From NCBI GenBank assembly GCA_030055575.1, contig JASFYL010000001.1:3545-67544 (forward strand): DNA of 64,000 bases, given 5' to 3'. The notes under the pieces are model-generated. The model was not told the origin of the DNA, searched no databases, and saw nothing but the letters and a program-made list of their open reading frames with translations. Made by a program: the position numbers and the translations under genes. Below, piece by piece: positions 1 to 8,594 of this stretch (position 1 is its first letter; each line of letters starts with the position of its first letter). The stretch comes from Thermoproteota archaeon. Lineage in GTDB: Archaea > Thermoproteota > Methanomethylicia > Methanomethylicales > Methanomethylicaceae.

Positions 1-682
1 AAAGGAGCTTAGCAAGAAAAAGACCGTAATCGCATTTGTGGATGGGGACAGAGGAGGTGAACTGATCCTCCGCGAGCTCTTCCAAGTCGCTGATATCGAC
101 TATGTGGCGAGGGCCCCTCCTGGAAAGGAGGTAGAAGACCTTACTGGGAAGGAGCTAGCAAAATACTTGAGAGCTAAAATCCCTGCAGAGCAGTACCTTT
201 TGATGATGGGTGAAAAAAAGAAGGAGCAGCTGCAGGAGCAGGAGACAAAACCGAGGCATAAAGAAGAGGAAGCTGTTGCCGAAATACCGGAAACGAAAAA
301 ATATGAAGCACCCGAGAAGCCCGCGGAGAAGCCTGCTAAGAACGAAAAGCCTGCCGCTCTGACCTCGATCCCCGAATCGGACTTGGAAAAACTCCGCTTA
401 TTGGTAAAGGAGTTGCAGGGCAGCTTGGAGGCAGTCCTGACTGATGAAAAATGGGAGATCAAGCAAAAGGTTGCCGTGAGAGAGTTGGCAGAACTGCTTC
501 AGAGCTCGGAGTCGAAGACACACGCTGTGGTCTTCGATGGGGTAATCACACAAAGGCTTTTGGACATATCTAACAGCAAAGGGGTTAACTATCTGATCGG
601 AGCCAGAATTGGCAACATAGCTAAACGCCCGCAGAATATAAACATCATGGTCTTTGACGATCTCTTAAAAGAAGCTCCATGA
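1..682 (+). CDS. Toprim-domain protein, probable archaeal DnaG-type primase (C-terminal part). 5' end lies outside the window.
   Basis: The frame is open from nt 1 and reads ...KTVIAFVDGDRGGELILREL..., a Toprim DxD motif followed by a lysine/glutamate/proline-rich low-complexity linker. Nothing else is annotated on this strand. Confidence 0.5.
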   Translation, partial: KELSKKKTVIAFVDGDRGGELILRELFQVADIDYVARAPPGKEVEDLTGKELAKYLRAKIPAEQYLLMMGEKKKEQLQEQETKPRHKEEEAVAEIPETKKYEAPEKPAEKPAKNEKPAALTSIPESDLEKLRLLVKELQGSLEAVLTDEKWEIKQKVAVRELAELLQSSESKTHAVVFDGVITQRLLDISNSKGVNYLIGARIGNIAKRPQNINIMVFDDLLKEAP

Positions 683-1109
683 CTTCTGCACACTCTCCAT
701 CTTGATAATATCTTTCAACTTCCCCTTTCTTTTTAAAACCAAACTTCTCGTATAGTGACTTCGCCTCGAGATTCGACTTTCTAACTTCGAGTACCGCCCT
801 CCACATGCTTTTGCTCCAGAACCTTCTCAAAATTGTGCCTAGAAGCGCGCTACCTGCTCCTTTCCTCCTTGCCTTCTTCTTGACGGCTATCGAGACTATA
901 TGCCCAGTTCCGTCCTCTTTGAAAATTCCAATCGCATATCCTATTATGGTGCCTTCCGCCTCTGCGACCAGTACACAACCCGGCATGAAAAAGAATGCTT
1001 TCAGGAGGCCCTTTGGATACGCGTCAGGGAACGTCTCCAACTCTATTGCATATATGAGATCCAAATCATTAAGCCTGGCGTCCCGTATATTTAACTCGGA
1101 GATAGACAT
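645..1109 (-). CDS. GNAT family N-acetyltransferase (RimI-like)
   Basis: Carries ...IVSIAVKKKARRKGAGSALL..., the acetyl-CoA binding motif (R/Q-x-x-G-x-G/A). The likely start is the internal Met of MSISELNIRDARL. The ORF track extends it to 1184. Confidence 0.7.
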   Translation of the reverse strand: MSISELNIRDARLNDLDLIYAIELETFPDAYPKGLLKAFFFMPGCVLVAEAEGTIIGYAIGIFKEDGTGHIVSIAVKKKARRKGAGSALLGTILRRFWSKSMWRAVLEVRKSNLEAKSLYEKFGFKKKGEVERYYQDGECAEVMELLLRDRQRP

Positions 1110-1146
1110 AACACAACAAAAAGAGTCACACTGATTGATATTGCTA

Positions 1147-2232
1147 ATGGGAGGTTGTTTATTGCGCATAATCGAAGCTGACAAGAAAAGGGGGTATGTC
1201 GAAGTAGAGATAGAAGATCAGGACGATCTTTGGCACTTGTACAACATAGTTGATAGAGGGGATCGGATCTGCGGGTACACTACGCGCGAAATCAAGGTAT
1301 CGCGGGGGGACTCTGAGGAGCGGGTGGGGAGGAGGAGGGTTTTTCTATGCGTTGTGGTGGAAGAGACTGGATTCCAAAGCTTCACAGGAAAACTGAGAAT
1401 AAGAGGGAGGGTAGTCTCAGCCCCAGAAGATGTAGAAGCCATTGGCTCCTACCATTCCTTCTCCGTTGGTCCTAAGGACAGAATTGGCATAACGAAAGAG
1501 AAATGGCTTACATTCCATGAGGAGCGACTTGAACTTGCAGCAACAAAATCGAGGCCAAAGGTAGTGGTCATTACGCTTGATGACCAGGAGGCTTTCATCC
1601 ACATAGTCAAGGATTATGAAGTGAAAGAGGTCGTTTCTCTGTCCTCAAATATGCCCGGTAAGTACATAGAAACTTCGGACAGAACCTCGGTTAGAGCCAA
1701 ATACTTTTCTTCAATAGAAGACGAGCTCCTCAGGACGATCAAGGGAGAACCTTACAGTGTGGTGGTTGCTGGACCAGGCTTCACTAAAAATGAATTGACT
1801 AAATATCTCAAGGAGCGGCACCGAACACTCAGCATCGCCGAAGAATCAACAGCGTCGATTGGGGAACCGGGGGTTCTGGAGGTCATTAATAGGGGTGCAA
1901 TTTCAAGGATCTTAAAGGACACCTCGATGGTGCGCGACTCTGAGCTCGTTGATGAAATGCTAATGAGGCTCTCTCGCACACCTCAATTGGTCGCATACGG
2001 CATCTCCGAAGTTAAAAAGGCTGTCAATTCTGGAGCTGTAGAGAAGCTCCTCGTTTCGGAGAGGATGATGAAAAACCTCCCGTCTGAAGAGAAAAGAGGC
2101 GTCGAGGAGCTCTGTAAGATTGTGGAAAAGTACGGAGGCAAGGCTTATTTTGTGGGGGGAGAGCACGAGAAAGGAAAGCAGCTTTTCAATGTGGGGGGGA
2201 TAGCAGCGCTCCTCCGCTTCCGGATCGGTTAG
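1147..2232 (+). CDS. pelA: Pelota (aPelota/Dom34) ribosome rescue factor
   Basis: The N-terminus (RIIEADKKRGYVEVEIEDQDDLWHLYNIV) and the eRF1-like C-terminal domains match Pelota. A GGAGG motif precedes a possible TTG start at 1162. Confidence 0.85.
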   Translation: MGGCLLRIIEADKKRGYVEVEIEDQDDLWHLYNIVDRGDRICGYTTREIKVSRGDSEERVGRRRVFLCVVVEETGFQSFTGKLRIRGRVVSAPEDVEAIGSYHSFSVGPKDRIGITKEKWLTFHEERLELAATKSRPKVVVITLDDQEAFIHIVKDYEVKEVVSLSSNMPGKYIETSDRTSVRAKYFSSIEDELLRTIKGEPYSVVVAGPGFTKNELTKYLKERHRTLSIAEESTASIGEPGVLEVINRGAISRILKDTSMVRDSELVDEMLMRLSRTPQLVAYGISEVKKAVNSGAVEKLLVSERMMKNLPSEEKRGVEELCKIVEKYGGKAYFVGGEHEKGKQLFNVGGIAALLRFRIG

Positions 2233-3257
2233 CAGGGAGAAGAAAAAAATTTTTCCCTCGAAAAAGTTGGGTACGTTTGCACGTACTCAAATTTGGCATC
2301 CGCTAGAGCACCCTTGGCTACTTCAAGCATCTTTCTATGCAGCTCGATCGCCTTATCGTTGTCAGATATTCCAATCGCGAATATGGGTATCCCGAGCTGC
2401 TGAGCGATTTTCTTTCTCAGCTCCCTTGGAGGAGCCGCCAAACTAGTTATTATGACCTTCCCAAGTAAGCCGTCCTCCAATATCTCTTCGTGCGGCCTGG
2501 CCACATTTTTACTCCTCCTGATAATCCTCTTTCTGGTCTGAATCGCGTCCTTGACTTGGCTCCGACAGTAATGTATTGGTAGCCTGATCCCTTCGCTAGC
2601 TGCCCAATTGATTAGCTTCATCGCAGCCTCCTCGCTCCCCCTAACTGCCGATATCCCCCCCTTTTCTAGATCGAACCCTCTCTGTTTCATCTGTAGCGCA
2701 TTCCCAGGGGAGAACTCGAGCTGATTGAGGTTAAGAAAGTCTGCCCCGATCTGGTCCAGAAACTCGATGAACGCCTTCACCTTCTTCTCTTCCCCTGGAA
2801 TTGATGGGAGCTCGGCTCCGGCGCAAAGCCCGACCTGCTTTGCCACTGCAATTCTGTCCCACAGTGCGCTTGTTGGATGAAACCTTATCTCATCAAGCCC
2901 TGCTTCCTTGAGTTCGAGCAGGACATCTCTGCCTGCGAATCTGCCGCTCGTGTACAGGTGTATGTGATGTTCTTTGCCGAACTCTCGCTTTAGTAGTCTA
3001 ATGTATTTTAGCGTTCTTTTAACCTTCATCAGGGGGTCCCCCCCGGTTATGCCTGTGCCTTCAGCGTCAATAGCCCTGCATTCTAAGATTACATCCAGCG
3101 GTTCCCTTACCTTGACTTCGTCTGCGAATACCACATCCTTCCCTTTTCTCTCCTTGCTTAGCGGACAGTAAAAGCAGTTCTTCTCACAAATGCCAGTTAT
3201 GAAAAGTACCATCTTCCCCCCATTGAGGCAGAGTCTGCATCCTTCTGGCAAGTTCAT
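2229..3257 (-). CDS. Radical SAM protein of uncharacterised family, with a ~170-aa non-SPASM C-terminal extension
   Basis: CRLCLNGG...CEKNCFYCP gives CxxC followed by CX3CX2C. The predicted start is MNLPEG at 3257. The upstream part of the track ORF overlaps the neighbouring membrane gene. Confidence 0.65.
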   Translation of the reverse strand: MNLPEGCRLCLNGGKMVLFITGICEKNCFYCPLSKERKGKDVVFADEVKVREPLDVILECRAIDAEGTGITGGDPLMKVKRTLKYIRLLKREFGKEHHIHLYTSGRFAGRDVLLELKEAGLDEIRFHPTSALWDRIAVAKQVGLCAGAELPSIPGEEKKVKAFIEFLDQIGADFLNLNQLEFSPGNALQMKQRGFDLEKGGISAVRGSEEAAMKLINWAASEGIRLPIHYCRSQVKDAIQTRKRIIRRSKNVARPHEEILEDGLLGKVIITSLAAPPRELRKKIAQQLGIPIFAIGISDNDKAIELHRKMLEVAKGALADAKFEYVQTYPTFSREKFFSSPC

Positions 3258-3331
3258 AATCACAATAAAGAGGCTGTCGGAAAATATTAACTCTGTGTGC
3301 TCTTTCTGGTCAAATTTTAGACGTCGGTCGT

Positions 3332-3682
3332 TCAGAGGAGGAGCTCCGAAACTATCGCCATCATTACCGCTCCAATCATTAACTTCTTCCCAGTATATCG
3401 GGAAATGCCAGAAGCCCACATGACGAAGCCTGCGAGTCCGATCACGAAATAAACTGTTTTTATGGCATATTTCATAAACTCTAACATTGCCCAGGATAGC
3501 CATTCCAGATTAGTCTCAAAAAATTTTATCCACCCTCCGATCGCTTCTTGAAACCTCTCTTGGATGTCTTCATCTGGAATGTTTTCCCCTTTGACCTCGC
3601 CAACTATGTATGCCCCCACAGTAAGGATTGCCATGATCGTTAAAGAAGCCAGTATCGAGCGATCCAAATCCATTCCCGTCAT
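3332..3682 (-). CDS. Small hypothetical membrane protein (2-3 predicted TM helices)
   Basis: Hydrophobic segments and its position between the nucleotidyltransferase and radical SAM genes on the same strand. Confidence 0.4.
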   Translation of the reverse strand: MTGMDLDRSILASLTIMAILTVGAYIVGEVKGENIPDEDIQERFQEAIGGWIKFFETNLEWLSWAMLEFMKYAIKTVYFVIGLAGFVMWASGISRYTGKKLMIGAVMMAIVSELLL

Positions 3683-3781
3683 GTAGGCACAATATTTAAC
3701 ATCAAAGACTAATCTGAGTCACATTGCGGTTTTCCATAAGCACCTTTGACGTAAATCTTTTCTACATCGTTGTTTGTTAGC

Positions 3782-4498
3782 TCAGCCTTTTGACCGTTGT
3801 TGAATGAGCCTCCTGAGGCTTGGGTCGCTGGAGAGGCGTTCGTTCAATACTCCCTCGAAGGTCTCATCGTCAGAAAGGTGTCTTTTGAAGAAAATTCCTG
3901 TCCTGCCCACATTATCCCTTCTTCTTAGGACCCTTACTCTCTCCAACACGGTTTCTAGATGAACTCCGACAGTTTTCGCCGCCTCCGCCTCGTAGGAAAG
4001 AACCGACCTTTCCAAGTGACCTTGTTCAGTAGGTATTATCAGCATAAGCCTTTTGTCTATGCCTGGGACTCTCTTCCCCATTGAGATTTCAGAATGGTCC
4101 AACTCTCCACCAAACCTGTAAAATTCCCTCTCCTTTCCCCTCATTGGGATCAATGGGAAGGTGACCTTAAGCGTCGGATCGAGGTATATTGTTGCCTTTA
4201 ATGTATGGACTGGCGTGGCCTGCGTCAGTTCTCTCGCCTCAAAACGGAACCCGCCCCTCATAATCGCTTCTTCAACTCTGAAAGAATCAATGGTTTCAGG
4301 GATTACTATGTCAATATCGCTCTTTTCATTGACATCTCCCCTAGCCAAGCTCCCGTAGACTCTACTTTCTATCCCATCCGCACTTAATGCTTCAATAACC
4401 TCTAAAGCCCTCCTCCTCAGCGAATTCAAGAGATCCCAATGCTCTTTGGAATACACTACATCTTTTGCCTCGTAAGGCGGAGCCACTTTCTTTGCCAC
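3782..4498 (-). CDS. Pol-beta superfamily nucleotidyltransferase with an uncharacterised C-terminal domain
   Basis: YGSLARGDVNEKSDIDIVIP is the GS...[DE]x[DE] NTase signature. A ~150-aa C-terminal domain of unknown function follows. Confidence 0.55.
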   Translation of the reverse strand: MAKKVAPPYEAKDVVYSKEHWDLLNSLRRRALEVIEALSADGIESRVYGSLARGDVNEKSDIDIVIPETIDSFRVEEAIMRGGFRFEARELTQATPVHTLKATIYLDPTLKVTFPLIPMRGKEREFYRFGGELDHSEISMGKRVPGIDKRLMLIIPTEQGHLERSVLSYEAEAAKTVGVHLETVLERVRVLRRRDNVGRTGIFFKRHLSDDETFEGVLNERLSSDPSLRRLIQQRSKG

Positions 4499-4570
4499 GG
4501 GTCGCTACCCTCTGCGCCCTTGCTGTTAAATATGACCCGAGTTATCTCGCAATGTTCCTGGGATGCGAAT

Positions 4571-4882
4571 TTAATCTACGTTTGAACTTATCCATTCTAG
4601 GTAACTTTCTAATCCGTCGAAGATTTCCAGGGCAATTATTTCAGGGACCTCATAGCTGTGTAGTTCCACCACTCTCTTTTTGATTTTATCGAAAGATTCC
4701 TTCTTTGTCTTTACTAGCAACATCGCCTCTTCGCCAACCTCGACTTTTTCATTCCACCTGTATATTGACTTGACCGAAGGGATTATGTTTACACAGGCAG
4801 CCAATTTTTCCTCGACAAGGCGTTTGGCTATTGTTTCGGCCTCTTTTGCATTTCCGACAGTTATAATAGAGACAATGCTCAT
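4571..4882 (-). CDS. cutA: CutA1 divalent-cation tolerance protein
   Basis: 103 aa with ...AACVNIIPSVKSIYRWNEKV...LHSYEVPEIIAL...YLEWI, the CutA consensus. Confidence 0.8.
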   Translation of the reverse strand: MSIVSIITVGNAKEAETIAKRLVEEKLAACVNIIPSVKSIYRWNEKVEVGEEAMLLVKTKKESFDKIKKRVVELHSYEVPEIIALEIFDGLESYLEWISSNVD

Positions 4883-4940
4883 CGACTATCCCCGAAGATA
4901 ACTTTCGGAACTGGTTTAATTACTCTTGGGGGAAGCGTAG

Positions 4941-6110
4941 GTGGAATCCTGGACGATATTTTTGGCAATATTGCTCGCTCTATGGTCTCTTATCTTGCTC
5001 AGTAAGCAGTTTATGCCAAAAAGCTTTGAAGTGCACCCATTCTTGATCATGTGGAGGACTACCAGATTCAACTCGCTGATAGACCGGATCGGAAGGCGGC
5101 TAAGCCCGTTTTGGAGGGTTTTCTGGACGCTCGGATCCGCAATCTCTGTAGGAGCGATGGTCTACATCACGTACATACTCGGCAGGAACCTATTCTACAT
5201 ATTCTTCCAGACCGAGTCCGCTTCCCCAGTCTCTCCACTAATACCCGGGATCACGCTCTCACTCAATTTCAACACGCTGTTCTTCTTTGGAGTTTCGCTA
5301 GCAATAATCATTGTCTTCCACGAATTTTCGCATGGGGTGGCTGCGAGGGCAGAAAATGTAGGTATTAAGAGTACTGGATTGTTGCTGTTGGCAGTTATTC
5401 CCGGTGCCTTCGTTGAGCCAGACGAAGAGGATCTGAAAAAGGCCAAGCGTTCTACACAGGCGAGGGTATTTAGTGCTGGTTCAACCTGCAACATTTTGAT
5501 GGGCATTCTGGCGCTGTTTCTCCTGACCAACTCTGGTATTGTCCTAGCGCCACTTTACCATACAGAACCCAGTGGTATCCAAATAACCGAGATTGTTCCT
5601 GGTTCTCCTGCAGACGGGATTCTGAGGAATTGGGATATAATAAAGAGCATAAATGGCTTCCCAGTAAACGACTCCGTGTCTTTGTCTTCTGTCCTCTCCA
5701 TGATCCCTCCAAACTCCACGGTTCCGTTTGTATTGTCTAGGGAGGGATCAGAAATCATGATCAATTTTACGCTGGGACAATCCCCTACAAGAAACTCGTC
5801 CTACATAGGGATAAACTCCTTCTCCTACTACGAACCTAGAGCGCCATTCATCCCGCCGATGGGCTCCTTCTACATACTTGGGCTACTCTCTTGGTTTTAC
5901 CTGCTCTCGATTAATATCGGTCTCATCAACATGATGCCCGTAGTAGCATTAGACGGGGACAAGCTTGCCACGATAATAATCAACTCGATCTTCCGGAATG
6001 AAAAGAGAGCATCACAGGCGACTAACATACTGCGGTGGTCATGCCTCCTCATATTGTTGCTCAATATCTCGATGAGTTTCGTACTCTTCCCTTCCTTCAA
6101 ATTCGGCTGA
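4941..6110 (+). CDS. Site-2 protease (M50 family membrane metalloprotease) with PDZ domain
   Basis: HEFSHGVAARA is an HExxH motif inside a TM helix. A PDZ-like IVPGSPADGIL segment and multiple TM segments are also present. Confidence 0.8.
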   Translation: MESWTIFLAILLALWSLILLSKQFMPKSFEVHPFLIMWRTTRFNSLIDRIGRRLSPFWRVFWTLGSAISVGAMVYITYILGRNLFYIFFQTESASPVSPLIPGITLSLNFNTLFFFGVSLAIIIVFHEFSHGVAARAENVGIKSTGLLLLAVIPGAFVEPDEEDLKKAKRSTQARVFSAGSTCNILMGILALFLLTNSGIVLAPLYHTEPSGIQITEIVPGSPADGILRNWDIIKSINGFPVNDSVSLSSVLSMIPPNSTVPFVLSREGSEIMINFTLGQSPTRNSSYIGINSFSYYEPRAPFIPPMGSFYILGLLSWFYLLSINIGLINMMPVVALDGDKLATIIINSIFRNEKRASQATNILRWSCLLILLLNISMSFVLFPSFKFG

Positions 6111-6127
6111 TGAAGGGATGATCTGGT

Positions 6128-7066
6128 TTGCAAGACAACAAATGCCGTTGCGGAAGGGAACCCTTCTATTTCAGAAGGCAATCTGGAGAGGTACTGTGCA
6201 AGCGTTGCTTTTCAAAAGGGATCGAGCGGATCGTCTACAAGACTGTTAAGAGGGAGAAGCTCTTCTCTCCAGAAGATCGGATAATGATTGCGCTTTCGGG
6301 AGGCAAAGACAGTATAGCCCTCGCGCACATCCTATCTAAGATCGAAAAGTCCTATGGTACAGATGTCTTCGCTGTTACAATCGACGAGGGAGTTCGGGGG
6401 TATAGAGAGGAGGGTGTAGCAATAGCTAGTGATGTCGCCTCAAGGCTGCAGATTGAACACCACGTATTTACATTCAAAGAGGCTTATGGTTACACTCTCG
6501 AGGAGATCTGCGAAATAGCAAAAATGAAGGGTATCCAACTGCTGGGATGCAGTTTTTGTGGCATATTGAGAAGGCGCCTCATAAACCGCTTGGCGCTGAA
6601 ACTCGGGGCTACGAAGGTTGCAACGGGTCATAATCTAGACGACGAGGCTCAAACATTCTTGATAAATGTGTTCAGGGGAGATGTGGAGCGCATAGGCAGG
6701 TCGAGAACTAAACCTTTGGTAGCAAGAGAGGGATTTATACCGAGGGTAAAGCCCCTCAGGTACGTTCCAGAAAAGGAGATCGCCATTTATGTCTACGCAA
6801 AGGGGTACCCTCTATACCAAAGGGAGTGCCCTTATGTGAGGTTCTCTTTGAGGGACGAGATCAGAGATGTCCTGAACCGGGTGGAGGAGAACCATCCTGG
6901 CACAAAGCATTCTATTGTAAATGTATCTGACTCGCTGTCAAAGCTTCTTGAAGAACGACTGGTATCGTCGAAGATAGAGCGATGCAAAGTATGCGGGGAT
7001 CCATCCAGCAGAAAGGTCTGTAGGACATGCGAGGTATTTTCCTTGTTGGGTCTACATGAGTCCTAA
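6128..7066 (+). CDS. TtuA/NcsA-family tRNA 2-thiolation PP-loop ATPase
   Basis: Zn-finger CxxC pairs at both the N- and C-terminus, the SGGKDS PP-loop, and central Fe-S cysteines GCSFCG. Confidence 0.8.
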   Translation: MQDNKCRCGREPFYFRRQSGEVLCKRCFSKGIERIVYKTVKREKLFSPEDRIMIALSGGKDSIALAHILSKIEKSYGTDVFAVTIDEGVRGYREEGVAIASDVASRLQIEHHVFTFKEAYGYTLEEICEIAKMKGIQLLGCSFCGILRRRLINRLALKLGATKVATGHNLDDEAQTFLINVFRGDVERIGRSRTKPLVAREGFIPRVKPLRYVPEKEIAIYVYAKGYPLYQRECPYVRFSLRDEIRDVLNRVEENHPGTKHSIVNVSDSLSKLLEERLVSSKIERCKVCGDPSSRKVCRTCEVFSLLGLHES

Positions 7067-7113
7067 ACCTGATCTTTGCGATATCCTGATAAACCCCCTT
7101 TCGAATGAATCAA

Positions 7114-7438
7114 GTGGTGCGGTAGGAAGGGTCGGAGGGCTCGGCCTCCTCTGCTCTACAAACGGTCGTAAAGGTAGGACCAGCAACTCTGGGAGGCGGC
7201 AGAACCGGCAGCATCGCCAATGGATGAACGGCGTAGAAGTCTCGCCCTGTGGGGGCGTTGGAGCATTCAAGGGCCGTCCGTAGGGGCGGCTCTTCTGCTT
7301 GCTGGGCGAAACGGGTTAGGCCCGGAAGGGAGCGGCCCTAAGTCTAGACAGCGCCGTTCACAGGAGAACGGGATGGATGCTGGACATTCAGAGGTGCTGC
7401 TGTTAGGTCTGCCCACTCTCGGGGGGCTACCGCACCAT
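7114..7438 (+). ncRNA. Signal recognition particle RNA (archaeal 7S/SRP RNA)
   Basis: The 5' GUGGUGCGGUAG pairs with the 3' CUACCGCACCA(U). The conserved helix-8 motif GGCCCGGAAGGGAGCGGCC is present, and the ~325-nt GC-rich region has no plausible ORF. Confidence 0.75.
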
Positions 7439-7485
7439 TTCCAAATAAAAATATTTAACTGACTGTTGACCCTTTTGCTTTGGAA

Positions 7486-7574
7486 GCCTGGGTTGCCTAG
7501 CCTGGTAAGGCGATGGCTTGCTAAGCCATTGTCTGGCAACAGACTCGTGGGTTCAAATCCCACCCCAGGCGCCA
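7486..7574 (+). tRNA. tRNA-Ser (anticodon GCU), long variable arm, CCA encoded
   Basis: Hand-folded: acceptor GCCUGGG pairs with CCCAGGC, anticodon loop UUGCUAA, 17-nt variable stem-loop, T-arm GUGGG-UUCAAAU-CCCAC. Confidence 0.85.
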
Positions 7575-8045
7575 TTGTTCCCAACCTGCAGGATTCGTTT
7601 CTTTTCTTTGGTGTCAATGAACTTTTCGCAATATGGACATCTCATAACCTTTAACAACATCCACACTGATTGCGTTTCATGGGCTCAGTGTCGAACATCA
7701 GTTTGTATTTTTATTTTCATTGCTCGTTTGAGTTTGCTCTGAAAGTTTCTTGATGATGCCTATTAATCCCTCCGTCTTGTGAATTCCATATCAAAGAATC
7801 TACTATACAAAATCTGATTCGGCATGTAAGATAGACCAACTAAACTACGTTTCATGACTATGCTTTTACTATACTGATGTTTGATGCAATGCTTTTTTCA
7901 AGAGATGATTCTTTTTTGCAATATTTTGGAGATGGCTTTGTCATGCTACTGAGCAGCATTTTTTATGATTTCTTCGCCATAGGTATGTATGGTTGAATTT
8001 CAGCGATATGTATAATAGCCGCCTGCCAATCCTTTTTTACTTCAA

Positions 8046-8120
8046 GGGGCTGTAGGCTAGCTTGGTCTAGACTGCGAGGCTTGGGCCCTCGTGACCCCGG
8101 TTCAAATCCGGGCAGCCCCA
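8046..8120 (+). tRNA. tRNA-Pro (anticodon UGG)
   Basis: Acceptor GGGGCUG pairs with CAGCCCC, anticodon stem CGAGG/CCUCG with loop CUUGGGC, T-arm CCCGG-UUCAAAU-CCGGG. The D-arm is somewhat irregular. Confidence 0.75.
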
Positions 8121-8173
8121 CTGTAAATCAAGATTAAATTTTTCATGAGAAAAATGAATGACTTATATAGCGT

Positions 8174-8593
8174 CTAGCAGCTCTTGAGCTTATTTAACCT
8201 GTCCTGCTTTTCCGACGCTAGCTTTGCAAATGTCTTCTTAACGTTGGGCAAAAAGCCAAGTTTCTCCATGCTGTCCTCATAGAACTTCTTTGCTTTGCTC
8301 TCGATCTCCACGGCCTTGCGCAGGTTTGCGCTCTCATCTGGAGCGACGTCCTTATCTGTTTTGTAATTGTCGCTGTCGATGCCGGTGATCGCCTCAAGTA
8401 TCATCTCCTGCATCTCCATGCGTCTGGTTCTATCTATCATTTGTTTGTTCTTCTTGGAAGCATTAGAGAGCTCAGAGAAAAGTTTCTGACGCTCGGAGGA
8501 CGCCCTCTTGGCTGCCTCCTCGTAAAAATTAGCGGCTGCATCCTCGAGCTCTGATGCGAACTTGAGGATGGCTCCGAACGTCCCTAGTTGCAT
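8174..8593 (-). CDS. Hypothetical helical protein, possibly a degenerate ferritin/rubrerythrin-like four-helix bundle
   Basis: ELEDAAANFYEEAAKRA and AVEIESKAKKFYEDSMEKL are repeated E-rich helices, but there are no His ligands. Confidence 0.3.
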   Translation of the reverse strand: MQLGTFGAILKFASELEDAAANFYEEAAKRASSERQKLFSELSNASKKNKQMIDRTRRMEMQEMILEAITGIDSDNYKTDKDVAPDESANLRKAVEIESKAKKFYEDSMEKLGFLPNVKKTFAKLASEKQDRLNKLKSC

Positions 8594-8594
8594 C

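Noticed and set aside
100-462. 120-aa minus-strand ORF antisense to the Toprim gene
   Set aside because: Entirely antisense to a better-supported coding frame. Ser/Phe-rich composition typical of a shadow ORF.
805-1134. Plus-strand ORFs (805-1134, 900-1094) inside the GNAT gene
   Set aside because: Antisense shadow ORFs of the GNAT acetyltransferase with no motifs.
3258-3503. N-terminal 82 codons of the track's radical SAM ORF
   Set aside because: The extension overlaps the upstream membrane-protein gene and precedes the conserved CxxC/CX3CX2C block. The start was moved to MNLPEG.
7056-7617. Three overlapping ORFs (7056-7283 +, 7220-7462 +, 7267-7617 -)
   Set aside because: They overlie the SRP RNA and tRNA-Ser genes. 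GC-rich structured RNA produces long open frames by chance.
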